From Alloascoidea hylecoeti (lineage: Eukaryota), in the NCBI GenBank assembly GCA_001600815.1, contig BCKZ01000008.1:186001-250000 (forward strand): a stretch of DNA of 64,000 nt. The letters are read 5' to 3'. The notes under the pieces are model-generated. The model saw only the letters and a program-made list of their open reading frames with translations, did no database searches and was not told where the DNA came from. A program made the position numbers and the translations under genes. Shown one piece after another: positions 1 through 12,544 of this stretch. Numbering within the stretch: position 1 is the first letter of the stretch; each line of letters begins with the position of its first letter.

Positions 1-128
1 ATAGCCAGACACTGTAAATACATAAACACTCTATAAAGCCATAACTGCGCTGAAAATACATTCTATTAGAATCTTAATAGTTATTAGAGGATCTGTGATA
101 TGGAAATGTGAGATGATAAATTTTTCTA

Positions 129-322
129 CATCTCTTGAAGATGTTTTTCCTAATGCGGAAATCATCATCAGATATCTCCCTACCCAAAACCTCTTCGAAC
201 TTTGATAATATCTTTTCTGAATTAAAAGGATAAATTCCATTAGTTGCGAATCCTGATAGAATAATTTTAAGGATTATATATTCAGCGCTTAACTTCTGGT
301 ATATTTTAATGAAATTATTTTT
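129..322 (-). mobile_element. pogo/Fot1-type (DDE_1) transposase C-terminal fragment, inverted copy left of the gap
   Basis: Exact reverse complement of 783-976. Encodes KNNFIKIYQK...IILSGFATNGIYPFNSEKIL, resembling the 'I.SGF...GI.P.N...VL' motif that follows the DDE_1 domain of pogo-like transposases. Confidence 0.55.
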
Positions 323-782
323 NNNNNNNNNNNNNNNNNNNNNNNNNNNNNNNNNNNNNNNNNNNNNNNNNNNNNNNNNNNNNNNNNNNNNNNNNNNNNN
401 NNNNNNNNNNNNNNNNNNNNNNNNNNNNNNNNNNNNNNNNNNNNNNNNNNNNNNNNNNNNNNNNNNNNNNNNNNNNNNNNNNNNNNNNNNNNNNNNNNNN
501 NNNNNNNNNNNNNNNNNNNNNNNNNNNNNNNNNNNNNNNNNNNNNNNNNNNNNNNNNNNNNNNNNNNNNNNNNNNNNNNNNNNNNNNNNNNNNNNNNNNN
601 NNNNNNNNNNNNNNNNNNNNNNNNNNNNNNNNNNNNNNNNNNNNNNNNNNNNNNNNNNNNNNNNNNNNNNNNNNNNNNNNNNNNNNNNNNNNNNNNNNNN
701 NNNNNNNNNNNNNNNNNNNNNNNNNNNNNNNNNNNNNNNNNNNNNNNNNNNNNNNNNNNNNNNNNNNNNNNNNNNNNNNNNN
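323..782. other. Assembly gap (460 N)
   Basis: Run of N characters. Confidence 1.
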
Positions 783-992
783 AAAAATAATTTCATTAAA
801 ATATACCAGAAGTTAAGCGCTGAATATATAATCCTTAAAATTATTCTATCAGGATTCGCAACTAATGGAATTTATCCTTTTAATTCAGAAAAGATATTAT
901 CAAAGTTCGAAGAGGTTTTGGGTAGGGAGATATCTGATGATGATTTCCGCATTAGGAAAAACATCTTCAAGAGATGGACGCAGGAAGCTTAA
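783..992 (+). mobile_element. pogo/Fot1-type (DDE_1) transposase C-terminal fragment
   Basis: Same SGFATNGIYPFNSEKIL peptide, stop at 990-992. Confidence 0.55.
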
Positions 993-3900
993 ATTTCCAC
1001 GCTAAGTGATCAAAGATCCCTCTAAAACCTATTCTAAGAGGGGAAAGTTACTAATCATACACAATTATCTGGAGATAACAAAGAGAGATGTATGTCGGAA
1101 TATTGGAATAAGTGAGCTGCTCAATACGCAAAATCGAAAATACATTATCAGAATTATCAGATTAAATGTTAATATTTATATTTGTTTCTGGATTTAAAAT
1201 TCGTGCTTAAAATGTAACAATTTTGTGTAGTCCAGTAGCTTTCCTGGGTTCGATAGCCTTTTATATATATTCATTCAATTTTTTTTTTTTAGTCCAAGAG
1301 CAACGTCACTTATGTTGTACTCTTCAATTTTGTTATATTTAAATTTATTTCAAAGAAACTTCTAGTCAAAATACACCAATTACTACTGATGATGGGTTGC
1401 TCTCTTCTAAATCAGGACAAAGAGCCTACAATTAATAAAATACCTATGGCCGACTACAACAAAAATCATTCAATGATGTTGTTTCAATCCCCTGATGCAA
1501 TTGTTCCAATCGTTGAGGAACCAGAACCATCATACAATGATGATGATGATAATAATAACATTGAATTTAATGTTTCAAAGCCAAATATCCCCAAAAAATT
1601 TAATGAATCTTATATTCAATGTAATGTTAAACGATTAAAAATGAACCTAAGGCTTTGGGCTAATATCACAGTCTAAGTATTACCATTAATCCCTCCTTAA
1701 GATTCAGAAGTTGACAAATTGGTTAAGCCTTTCTTTGGTATGACCATCAACAAATCACACGGAAAAACATTTCATATTACAGGTGTGAACAATACTTCTC
1801 ACATGGCCATGGGGTTTTCATAGGAGGTTTAAAATATAAACATTAATATTATTTATATTATTGTATCTAGATAAAGATATAAGTATTGTTCGAATTCACA
1901 CCTGTAACATGAAATGTTTGACCTTGAGATTTATTGATGATCATACCAAAGCAAGGCCTGACCGGAAACTGAGTCCTCACAGAACAAACACTGTAGTCAT
2001 TGCTTTCCCTGTCGCAGAAAATTTTTTTTGTATTTGGGCACAATATTATGAGGCTTTATCAATTATATGAGTTACCTAGTGAAGTTGGTGAAAATAACTT
2101 GTAAGGTCTTATATTGATCAAGTTGGAGTATTATTTAAAGAGTGGTTTATTAATAGATCTGAAGGAGGAATTACCTGGCCTGTAGATTTTCATAACATAA
2201 TTTTAAAGCAAAAAGTTAAAAGATAAATTTTACATTAGGAGAAAAATGGAGAACTAAAATCCATTGAAGGGGATTTGGATCTTTCTAAAGCTGTTCTAAT
2301 TGATGCTAACTATTTTCAGATCACCATAAATCGGCAATTAAATAAAGGCGGCTAAATAAGATGAGCACATGTGATATACAGTAATCACATTATCAGAGAG
2401 TTTCGGTTTAAACGTTTTCAATAAATTTAATTGATGGTACTTTGTAAACTCCATTATCAACAAGAGAATAGATAGTTTCATCTCCTTTAGTTTCACGAGC
2501 TCTTGCATTATTTCAGCAAGTTGCTTAATATAGTTATCAAAGGTCCATTTTGTAGTAATAGTAATATAAGTATCTGTACCATTCTAATACTCTGTAAAAC
2601 TCATTACAATACTAAATTAATAAATAATGAGATCAAAAAAAAAAAAAAATATGTTGTATAAATAAAGCATTTATAGAACATTTATGGAGTTCCATTAATT
2701 CATATATTAGTATTGAGCATATATCGGTCTTCGTCATGTCATGATAGGGTACGAAAAAATACAATTTATATATGTCGTCAAGTGAAGATACAATAAATAG
2801 TAGCTATTATGCATAATACGTTATTAAACTTATTACAACAGCTATAACAAAAAATATATATATAATATATGAGATAAACTAGCCAAAGTGTGTGTAAAAA
2901 TTCCTCGTTTTTTTCTGTAACGTTGACTAGGATGAAACCTTTTCTTTTAACTTTTACCTACTTTAAATTCTTTTCTCCCTTTATTAAAATGACGAATTAC
3001 TATATCCATTTTCTTATGACGTAAAATGAGATGATCTACCGGTAGTTTCTCTTTATAACCAAATATCAGTATCTTTTAATTCTGATTCTAGACTAGATGA
3101 ATCATCCATTAATGATCATTTTCAATGATTTGTAATGTTTCATTACCGGAATTTTTAGTAGATCTAACAATGTGGACGAGTATTTGCTTGGTCTGGTTGG
3201 ATTAGAGTTAGTACAGTTTCTATTTATGTTCGATCTTGTGTTCGCCATGTTAATTAAATTTGAAAAAACCATTTTAATACACTGTAAAGATTTTATTTGT
3301 ATTTTGTAACAGTTTTCTAGATCACTTGAGCAGTACGTACGTATACGTATAAATTTTTACATAGAGAAAGATCTAGTATTAATTTAGAAGGGATCCGCCT
3401 CCTCTTTACAAATCAGGATGATGAATCTCTAGTTTCGACAGTGCCGTACATCCTTATTAGAATAGTTAGGATCCCACATAACATTAGAAGCATATGAAAA
3501 ACGATTTAATAGTTTATTCTCCTTCAGGAATATTAATGTTCCATTGTGAAATGTTGCTGTTTTAACTAATTAAGGTTTTAAAAATGCCTGTCTTAATTTA
3601 TGGAACTACGTAGTTGTAAGAACAAGCTTAAGAAATTATTTCCTAATTCATAATTAGCGACACACCAAAATATGAATTGATAAGCGAGTGATTATGAACG
3701 AGACTCACAAACTTAAACTACAACTACAACTTTACAAATGTGATTATCATGATAATCAAATTTAAACAATTACAGAATTAATTTAATTCTTAATCTTATT
3801 AAAAGTATTAGTTAAGTATATTTTCCATTAAAAACATTACAAGTAATTTTATTATGAAAAAAAAAAGGAAGACTTTAGAGTACATTGAAATAAGCAGTTC

Positions 3901-4050
3901 TCGTATTAATTATAAAGAAGTTAAGAAAAGACATCAAAAAAGAATATGATCATATTCTTTCCATATTAGTGAGTTTAATTTCAAAAACCATTGGGTGGAA
4001 ATTTGTATCCATATAACGAAGTTTAAGTGTGCATGTGTGAGCGGTTAAAT

Positions 4051-4266
4051 TTATAAGAGTAACGCAATAACACCTGCAACAGCAGCACCGGCAATACCAG
4101 ATGAGATGACATTACTTGAAGCACCACTTGAACCAGTTGTGTCAGTTGAGTTTGTTTTACTTGTTTCGTTTGAGCTTGTAGAGTTTGAACTTGTGGAGTT
4201 TGAGATAGAAGCTGCGTTGATGACAGAGACGGTAGCAAGGATGGCTAAGACTGATTTGAATTGCAT
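4051..4266 (-). CDS. Small secreted Ser/Thr-rich, probably GPI-anchored surface protein (71 aa)
   Basis: Signal peptide MQFKSVLAILATVSVINA, several NxS/T sequons, hydrophobic C-terminal tail GIAGAAVAGVIALLL. Confidence 0.85.
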   Translation of the reverse strand: MQFKSVLAILATVSVINAASISNSTSSNSTSSNETSKTNSTDTTGSSGASSNVISSGIAGAAVAGVIALLL

Positions 4267-4782
4267 TTTTAGTAATGTGAGTGATTAGAGCGGTTTAGGA
4301 AAGTACTGGAGAAGATGATGAAGAAAAGAAGAAATAGTTGGGGATTCAAAAGGGTATTTATAATGAAAGGCTACGAGGCTACGGATGTTAAATTCTATAT
4401 TTACACATCTCTGTTCCAGAAGTTGTTCCAGCTAGACAGCAGGCGTTATAATAACTGTGAATCATCGAGAGAAATCTAACGATTTTGATAACATTGTTGC
4501 AATTTTTGGGACGTATGAGTGAATCGCCTTACAATTAATCCGGATTCCGCGATTAGTCAGCCGATCTCACTAGGCTGCGCGTGCTGACTCAGCGATGGCG
4601 TAAGCCGGAGGCAACTATAACACGTGCCGGGACGGGGCGGTCCGCCAATGGGAGCAGGGCACGCCGTTGCGCCGAAGCATGTATCGGGCCAACCAGAGGC
4701 CGAGCAGCTATCTGGGTGCAGAAGTGGCTCTTTATAAGCAAGTTGGTTCGCAGTAAGGGTCCGCCGAGTGTTAATACCCACA

Positions 4783-5638
4783 ATGAGTAAATTTGACGTG
4801 TTGGATCCGCAAGCCACCGATCTCTGGAAGCTGTACAACAACGCGAAGGCGAGCCTGCCCTACAAAGAGAGGATGGAAAACCTGACCTGGAGGATGATGG
4901 CCATGAAGATCAAGTCAAAATCTGTAAAATCCTCGCGGCCCCAAAGATTCGCCCAACTCCCTTCGCCGGGTGGCCCTTCGCCGGGTGGCCACCCCCACCC
5001 CCACTATAGCCCTCGTCATGGCTCCTCCTCGGCCTTCCCTCCAAATCCCCACCCCCACCCCCACCCCCACGCAAATTCTTTTTCTTACTTCGATACAACC
5101 GCAATCAAACAGGAGGAATCTTTCCCTTTCGGTAATAACATCGACCCAACATTTGTGACAAACCAACCTCCCTATTCACATCAATCCAACTATAACTATT
5201 CTTCAAATCCAATCGATATTCCAAAAACAAGTCATCTATCCGCTTTATTCAAAGATCAAAGTTCAAAATTAAATTCAACAACAATGGATATTGATAATTA
5301 TGATGTTAACATGGATATGAATCTCGATGGGCTTGGTGAACTAGATTTATCTTTAAATGATGAAATGATTGATATTCCAATTTTAAATTATAATAATATA
5401 CCTCATTCAATGCCAACAACAACAATAAATAATAATACAATAAATGTTGATAATATATTTCAATCTCAATCTCATTCTCAATCTCATTCTCATTCTCAGT
5501 CATTTAATAATTCAAATTTCTCAAATATCAATTTTACTAGTTTGAATAACTCAATTAATAATTTTGGAAATATTGAATCTTTTAATAATTCTTCTGGTAT
5601 TTCGGTATTTGGTGAAAGAGAACAATCAATTACAAAAC

Positions 5639-5682
<44 letters not shown>

Positions 5683-6408
5683 TCCACAAATAGTAATACT
5701 AAGAAACTTTCAATAAGTTCAAATAGTTCAAGTCCTTCTTCTTCTTCATCACATTCTTCTACCTCAACATCAACTTCAATTTCAACTTCAAATCAAAATT
5801 CAAACTCAAACTCAAATCCAAATCCAAATCCAAACAATATTGAATGCCATAACTGTCATACGAAAACGACCCCTCTATGGAGAAGGGATCCAGAAGGTCA
5901 ATCCCTTTGTAATGCCTGTGGTTTATTTTTAAAATTACATGGTGTTGTTAGACCATTAGCTTTAAAAACAGATCATGTTAAAAGACGAAATAGAAATTCA
6001 AATTCAAATTCAAGTTCAAATTTATCTTCATCATCATCAAATAATAATAATACATCAAATATAATACGAAGTAGAAGAAGTTCAACAACTTCAAGGAATT
6101 CAAGTATTTCAAATTTAAAAGAATTATCATCTTCAAATTCAAATAATTCATCATCAATTTCAATTAAAAGAAATAATCGAATAAGGAAAAATCAATCTTT
6201 AAATAATAGTATCAATAATAGTAATTCTACATTAACTTTAAATTTAAATTTAAATTTAAATAATCAAAATAATAATAGAAGTACTTGTTTAAGTATTGGA
6301 AATAGTCCTATTGATACTCCATCAAATATAAAAGGTAAAACAAAAGGATTTAATAATAATGGGAATGGGAAAAGTGAAGATTGGGATTGGTTATCAATGG
6401 CGTTATAA
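4783..6408 (+). CDS. GAT1: Nitrogen-regulatory GATA transcription factor (Gat1/AreA-like)
   Basis: N-terminal [23 protein letters not shown] motif, GATA zinc finger [34 protein letters not shown]-terminal WDWLSMAL. First ATG at 4783. Confidence 0.9.
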
Positions 6409-8072
6409 ATAGAAGTTAAAAGAATAAAAGAATAAAAGAATAAAAAATAAAAAATAAAAAATAAAAAATAAAAAAAAGTGGATAAAAAAAAGAATATTGT
6501 TTATTATTATGATTGGATATTTTAGAAGTTAAAACGTTTAAATTTAGAAGAAATGGTTTTTTTTTTTTTCTTTTTTCTTTTCTTCATTGTTGTTATTATT
6601 ATTATTATTATTATTATTGTTATTGTTATTTCTATACTTTTTTTCTTTTTCTTTATATATATAAAAACCATTATTAAAAGTGTTCTCTCTTAAAGCTTAA
6701 CCTGTCAAATTTAATTAAATCAATCCAATATATAGATATAGAGGAAATAAAGAATTTAGTTTTCAGAATAATAATCAACAACTGCCAACTATTGAATAGC
6801 AATGAACGCTCTACATGACCTTAAACTGTTTTTAAAATTACACATAATGATCTGTAAATTCTAGATATTTTATTTATTAGTATTTACTGTTGATCTCCCG
6901 AATCCAGATCCTGTAATGACCGAACATTAATCACTGAATACAACACCATCCCAAACATTCTGAAACTAGTCCACTCTATTTTCAGACAATAAAAATTCCT
7001 TTGGTTCTTTTCATTTGGAAAATGCTTTTTATATAATGAAATATGAATGAGAAAAAATTATCAATGATCATTAAAAACTCAGATGATTTAATTGATTAGA
7101 ATTTCATTATCACAAACAATAATCTCGGATATGATGATTGTGCATAAAAGTAACAAATTTCTGAGGTGAAATAATATTAGGACGAATATGTCTTTCATTA
7201 GACCTAGACAGAGATGATCATGATAATATGTATATGTCATAGTAATATAACTGAAACAAATAAATATCTTCTATATAATAATATATACTGTAAGAATAAG
7301 ACAAATGTGAACAATAGTGCTTATGGCTGATGCCTCCTAATCTTGCGATACGGGTAGGCTACTAATTTTGAATACCAATGATAGTGATACATGTACAAGT
7401 CCTTTGAAATTATTTAAATCAGTTGAAAATGATCCAATATTTCAAGCAAAGGTTGTAATATAATATTACCAATTGATGTATAAAACGTGTCAATATGTAA
7501 GAGAATCACTTCAGATATCATTAAATTAAAAACAAAAGCAAGAAAATAAAATCTCAAATTAATTTTTCTTTTAGAAACTAAACCATCGTTTGTACTTACC
7601 TATATTCTATATCTTAATTTTTTTGGGCCAGAGGAAAAAGAATTAAACAATAAATATTTCAAATATGCAAGTTTAACTGCCATGGTTCTTTTCCATTTGT
7701 CACTTAAACATTTAAATTATTGTAATAATTATTATGATTATGGAATCTTATCAAAATCAGTGTTAAAAGCAAGTATGTTTATTGTGTCAATTTTATTGCG
7801 CAGTCAGATAATTAAATATTTATATGTACTAGTAAGATTGTCCTTTCGTCTTCTCCACTACTATTATGTGGTAACATACCTGACTTCTCACATAATCAAG
7901 TGGCAGAAGGAAACTGAAGGAAACGGGTGCTGATTTACTTTACTTATCAACTCACTAGTCATAACTATTCTGATATCTTACCTACTCACTATTCCTTGGT
8001 ATAAGTTATATTATTAATTCTGTATTAACTTTGTAAAATTTGTATTATCAACTACTATCTATCTATCTAATA

Positions 8073-10564
8073 CTATGACATATTCGAATTCGAGTTATTA
8101 TCTTCTTCTATAACTTCAGGTATCTTAGACCATCCCATTCTTTTATTCAATTTTAAATATTTCAATCTATCTTTATCAGAAACACTAGGCTTAACATTTT
8201 TAAAAGCTTCATCAAAGTCAGATTGAATTATTAATGATTGTTCAGTTTCATCCTTTTCATTACCATTATCATTATCATGAATAATAGTTGAGAAGTTCCC
8301 ATCCCCAATATTAATACGAGTGAAGATTCGTCGTTTTAACGATGCCATTGCAGCTTCTCTAACTAGATTTGTTATATCAGCCCCACTAAAATTGTGACAT
8401 TTCTGATCATATGCAATAGTTTGAAGACTGATGTTTCTATCCAATGGTGATTTCCTTGAAGCTTTTATTAAAATCTCTTTTCTTTCATCAGGAGTTGGAA
8501 GTTCAATATATAACAGTTTATCCAACCTACCAGGTCTAAGCATAGCAGGATCAATAATATCAGGTCTATTGGTCGCTGCAATGACATAAACACCTTTTCT
8601 ATCTTCTAAACCATCCAATTCAGTTAAAAGTGTATTAACAACTCTTGAAGTTGATTCATTTAATGATCCATCACGTCTAGGAACTAAAGAATCTAATTCG
8701 TCAAAAAACACAATACACGGTTTCGATGCCCTAGCTCTTTGGAAAACCTGTCTAATTGCTCTTTCTGATTCGCCAACGTATTTGTTTATAAGTTCAGGAC
8801 CTTTTACAGATATAAAATTAGCTTTAGATTCATTAGCAACAGCTTTTGCTAATAAAGTTTTACCACATCCTGGGGGGCCCCATAGTAAAACACCACCAGG
8901 GGCATTTATACCGACTTTAGAAAACTCTTCCGGTTCTTGTATAGGTAAAACCATTGATATTTGGAGTTCCTTTCTAATTGATTTTAGAGCACCGATATCT
9001 GCCCAAGTAACATCAGGAATCGTTGCAAAACCTTCCCGTTTTGCAGTTGGTTGAATAGTTGGTAATGCAGATATGAAATCATCAAGATTGACTGATATGA
9101 AAGAACGTTGATATTCCGTTAATGGTTCAGGATACTTTTTTAAAAACTTAGAAATAGCACTTTGATTTGATGTTTCAACATCAATATCCATTTCATTTCC
9201 ATTTTCATTTCCATTTTCATTTTCATTTTCATTTTCGACTTCAATTTCCATTTCATTAGACAATGGGAGTTCCAGAATTTTACCATCACGAAATAATCTT
9301 TTCATTGACATTATTCCAGCAGCCGTAGAAAGAGACTGTAAATCTGCTGCTACATAACCAGGAGTCATTTTCGCCAATTTTTTAAAATCTATTTCACCTG
9401 AGATTTTCATATTACGTGCAGTTTTTTGTAAAATATCTTCTCTTGCCAATTCATCTGGAACATTGATAGATATCTCCTTATCAAACCTTCCAGTTCTTCT
9501 TAAAGCAGAGTCTAAAGAGTCTGGCCTATTTGTTGCACCAATGATTATAACAGCTTTACCACCGGTGTTTTCCAACGATAAACCATCCATTGAGGTTAGT
9601 AATTGAGCAACAATTCTTCTTTCCATCTCTCGTTGTGCGTTATCCCTTTTTGGAGTAATTGCATCAATTTCATCAATAAACATAATACATGGGGCCAAAG
9701 ATTTCGCTTCTTCGAATAGTTCTCTTATTTTTTTTTCAGATTCCCCAGACATTCCAGAAACAACAGAAGGAGCTGAAATTGAGAGGAAAGGGACACCAAT
9801 TTCATTAGCCAAGGCATTTGCAATTGTTGTTTTTCCACAACCAGGTGGACCATGTAATAAAACACCACGACCAGGTTGAATCCCAAGTTCTATAAAAATT
9901 TCAGGATGAGCTATTGGGAGTTCAACGCATTCCTGTAATTCATCTCTAACTTTACCCAAACCACCTAGTTGGGAGAGTGTAAGGGTTGTAGAAGGTGTAT
10001 ATTTATCTTCTTTATCTACTTGATTAAGGTTAGAAAATGCCAAATATTATAATTTATAGTAGAGAATAACATACCTTTTTGTCTTTTAGCAGATCTTAAT
10101 TCTTTTTGATGTTTTGTTCGCTTCTTCGATTTTCGATCTCTTTCATTTTCAGTTTCTGTACTCTGTATTTTTGGTTCTTTGGCTGTAGTAGTAGTAGTAG
10201 TAATAGAAGTATTCCACAGATTGATAATATTTTTATTCATGATGTTTTTGTCTACAACTGTCATTAATTCATTACCATTTTCATCAACTTCTTTTATGTC
10301 ACTTTCATTTAGTTCTTCAGCTTCTTCTTCTTTAATTATCATTAAAACCTTCTCAATCGGTTTTTCTAATAAATTATTCTTTTTCCTACCTAAACTAGGA
10401 TCCATCATTTTAATATAATTTAACGTCTCAGATGGCCTTAGGTGTCTAGCGTATGAAATTTCATTTGTGGATTGGGATTTCTCAACTAATAATTGCTGTA
10501 TTAAATTATATATCCGATCCTCTAAAGATTGTGTCTCCTGTCTTTTATTTTTGACTAATTTCAT
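8073..10564 (-). CDS. RIX7: Rix7/NVL double AAA-ATPase (60S biogenesis), 2 exons
   Basis: Two AAA modules (GPPGCGKT twice, DEID/DELD). Exon1 10564-10075; intron starts GTATGT at 10074, branch TTCTAAC, acceptor at 10019 or 10016; exon2 to 8073 in frame. Confidence 0.93.
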
Positions 10565-11314
10565 GATTTCGTAAACTGTTTATAATGAAATTTCGGGGAA
10601 AAAAAAGAAAAAAATCTTTAATACTAAACTTAAAATATTATAACAACCCTACACCCATTATTACCATAAAGTTAATTCAATTAAAATCAGATTATAGAAG
10701 TTACTCGAAATGAACTGAATATATATATATATATATATATCCAATACTATCCTTGGAACAGTTACTCACGCATATGTTTCTATTGAGAATATATCTTCTG
10801 AATGATAAATAAAATGTAGCAGTGTAGATACCAGCTCCTATTAAATATTTAAGTATATATTCATACTAAATGATTAAATCGTATTTAAATAGTGGAATCC
10901 TCATTTCTGTTGAGAACTATCTTAGCATTATAGAACCATGGGAAAACAATTCTTATTTTAAAAATCTACTTTTGGTACTATGGTGGTGGATGGTCTTGAT
11001 TCTTCGACGTCTGATAAAGTAAATAAGTTTATAACAAGAAAGTAATATATTAAATGTTAAAGGATATCCAGTAGACCTATTGGTAATACTGTGTTAATTA
11101 TACGATTGAAAGATTAATGAATTAAAAACCGTTTGGTAGCTTAAAGTGATATCTAAGATAACGACTAATATATATACTAAAACTTTTGTCTTTCTCAAAA
11201 GGAGTAATCAGTACAAGTTACCTGACTTCTTAAGAATAAACGATTCCCCAAAGCATCAGTATGGATGAACGTGCATACATGGTGAGAAGGCGAATCGAGA
11301 ATTAGCTCATAGAC

Positions 11315-11380
11315 TTTAATGTTTTAATGTTTTAATGTTTTAATGTTTCAACGTTTTAATGTTTCAACGTTTTAATGTTT
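11315..11380. repeat. 8-bp minisatellite (TTTTAATG / TTTCAACG), about 8 units
   Basis: Directly visible tandem array. Confidence 0.9.
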
Positions 11381-11399
11381 AAGGATTTGATTTGTATTT

Positions 11400-12180
11400 C
11401 GGCCCCATTGTTCACCATTATCTAAGACTTAAACCTCTTCTTCAACTGAGTTCGTTGATAGTGCATTTCTATTTGTTGTGTATTTGTTTAAGTTCTTTGT
11501 ACGGTCACCAAAGACATGTTTTTTCCTTACACATGTTGCAATATGTTGGAACGTTGGGATCATAATTATTCATTTGAGTTTTCTCTTTTTGGCTAGAGAT
11601 TGATTTGCTTTTGATAATGCTGAAAATTAAAAATGTTACACTGTCAACTGATATTGAATCGTATGATGTGTGCAATTGATTGAAAAGTCAAATTTTTGTC
11701 ATTGTTCAGCAATTTAGATACTGTAGTGGTGAGTGTTGAACGTCATTGTAGAGTCTTGTGATGGTTTAAAGCCGTTTTATCAACCAATTGAAATTAATTA
11801 TAACTAAGGCAAAATATACTCAAAACAATAGCATTATCTCCGAAAAATTGAAATAGACATCAAACTTCTATACGAACCTAGAATTACAAACCCAATTTGA
11901 ATTTTCAAGTGTATTAAATGACGATTTACTGAAACGAAGCAACTGTTCTGATCTGAATGCCTCAAAAGCTCAAAAGGAAGACAATAGCGCTACAACAAGC
12001 TTAAGTACTACACTGACTTTAGTCACAGGATTTAATATCTGCAATTGTAAAAAGGAACCGATCCACTCTAAGAATCTGTGGGTTAACAAATATTATGACC
12101 GAAAAGACGAAGCTTGAAGAAGCGACAGTTGCATTCAGATCAGAACAGTTGCTTCGTTTCAGTAAATCGTCAGTTAATAG
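11400..12180 (-). mobile_element. Degenerate Ty1/copia-like gag-protease relic with an internal inversion
   Basis: Minus strand gives YCNMCKEK-(frameshift)-HVFGDR (decayed CCHC knuckle) followed by VLDNGE (decayed LDSGA protease motif). Many stops. Contains a perfect 42-bp inverted repeat. Confidence 0.5.
11919..12172. repeat. Perfect 42-bp inverted repeat (11919-11960 / 12131-12172), 170-bp spacer
   Basis: TGACGATTTACTGAAACGAAGCAACTGTTCTGATCTGAATGC and its exact reverse complement. Confidence 0.95.
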
Positions 12181-12544
12181 TAACTTAATGCACTTAAATG
12201 ATAAATCTTATAGTTACGTATAACCTTTTAAGAAAAAAATTCAAAAGAGAGCTGTAAAAAATTTGTACCGAACTACGTAGGAGTAAAAACATAATTAAAA
12301 AAAGCACAAAAAATATAAGAAGTGTTTTACTGTTACGTATGAAAATTAGAAATTATATAAAGCTATTAAAAATAATTGATTTACAGATAAAAAAATGCTA
12401 TTTTTACCCCTTCAGTTAAACGATCCACAAATGTTTATCAGTATTATATTATAGGCCTATAACTTGGTTCTTAACCAGTAAAGTTATTTAAAAAAAAACA
12501 CTTAGTCTCTAGTTCCATTATAAGCTTTATATGTATATTTAATA

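Noticed and set aside
74..992. Two long ORFs (240 and 227 aa) spanning the N run
   Set aside because: Artefacts of translating Ns; only the flanking peptides are real.
1590..1676. Resemblance to the condensin Brn1 motif (VKRLK.NLW)
   Set aside because: Too short, and neighbouring fragments do not support it.
4557..5166. Several short overlapping ORFs in the GC-rich island
   Set aside because: Expected from stop-codon scarcity in GC-rich DNA; they overlap GAT1 or its promoter and show no motifs.
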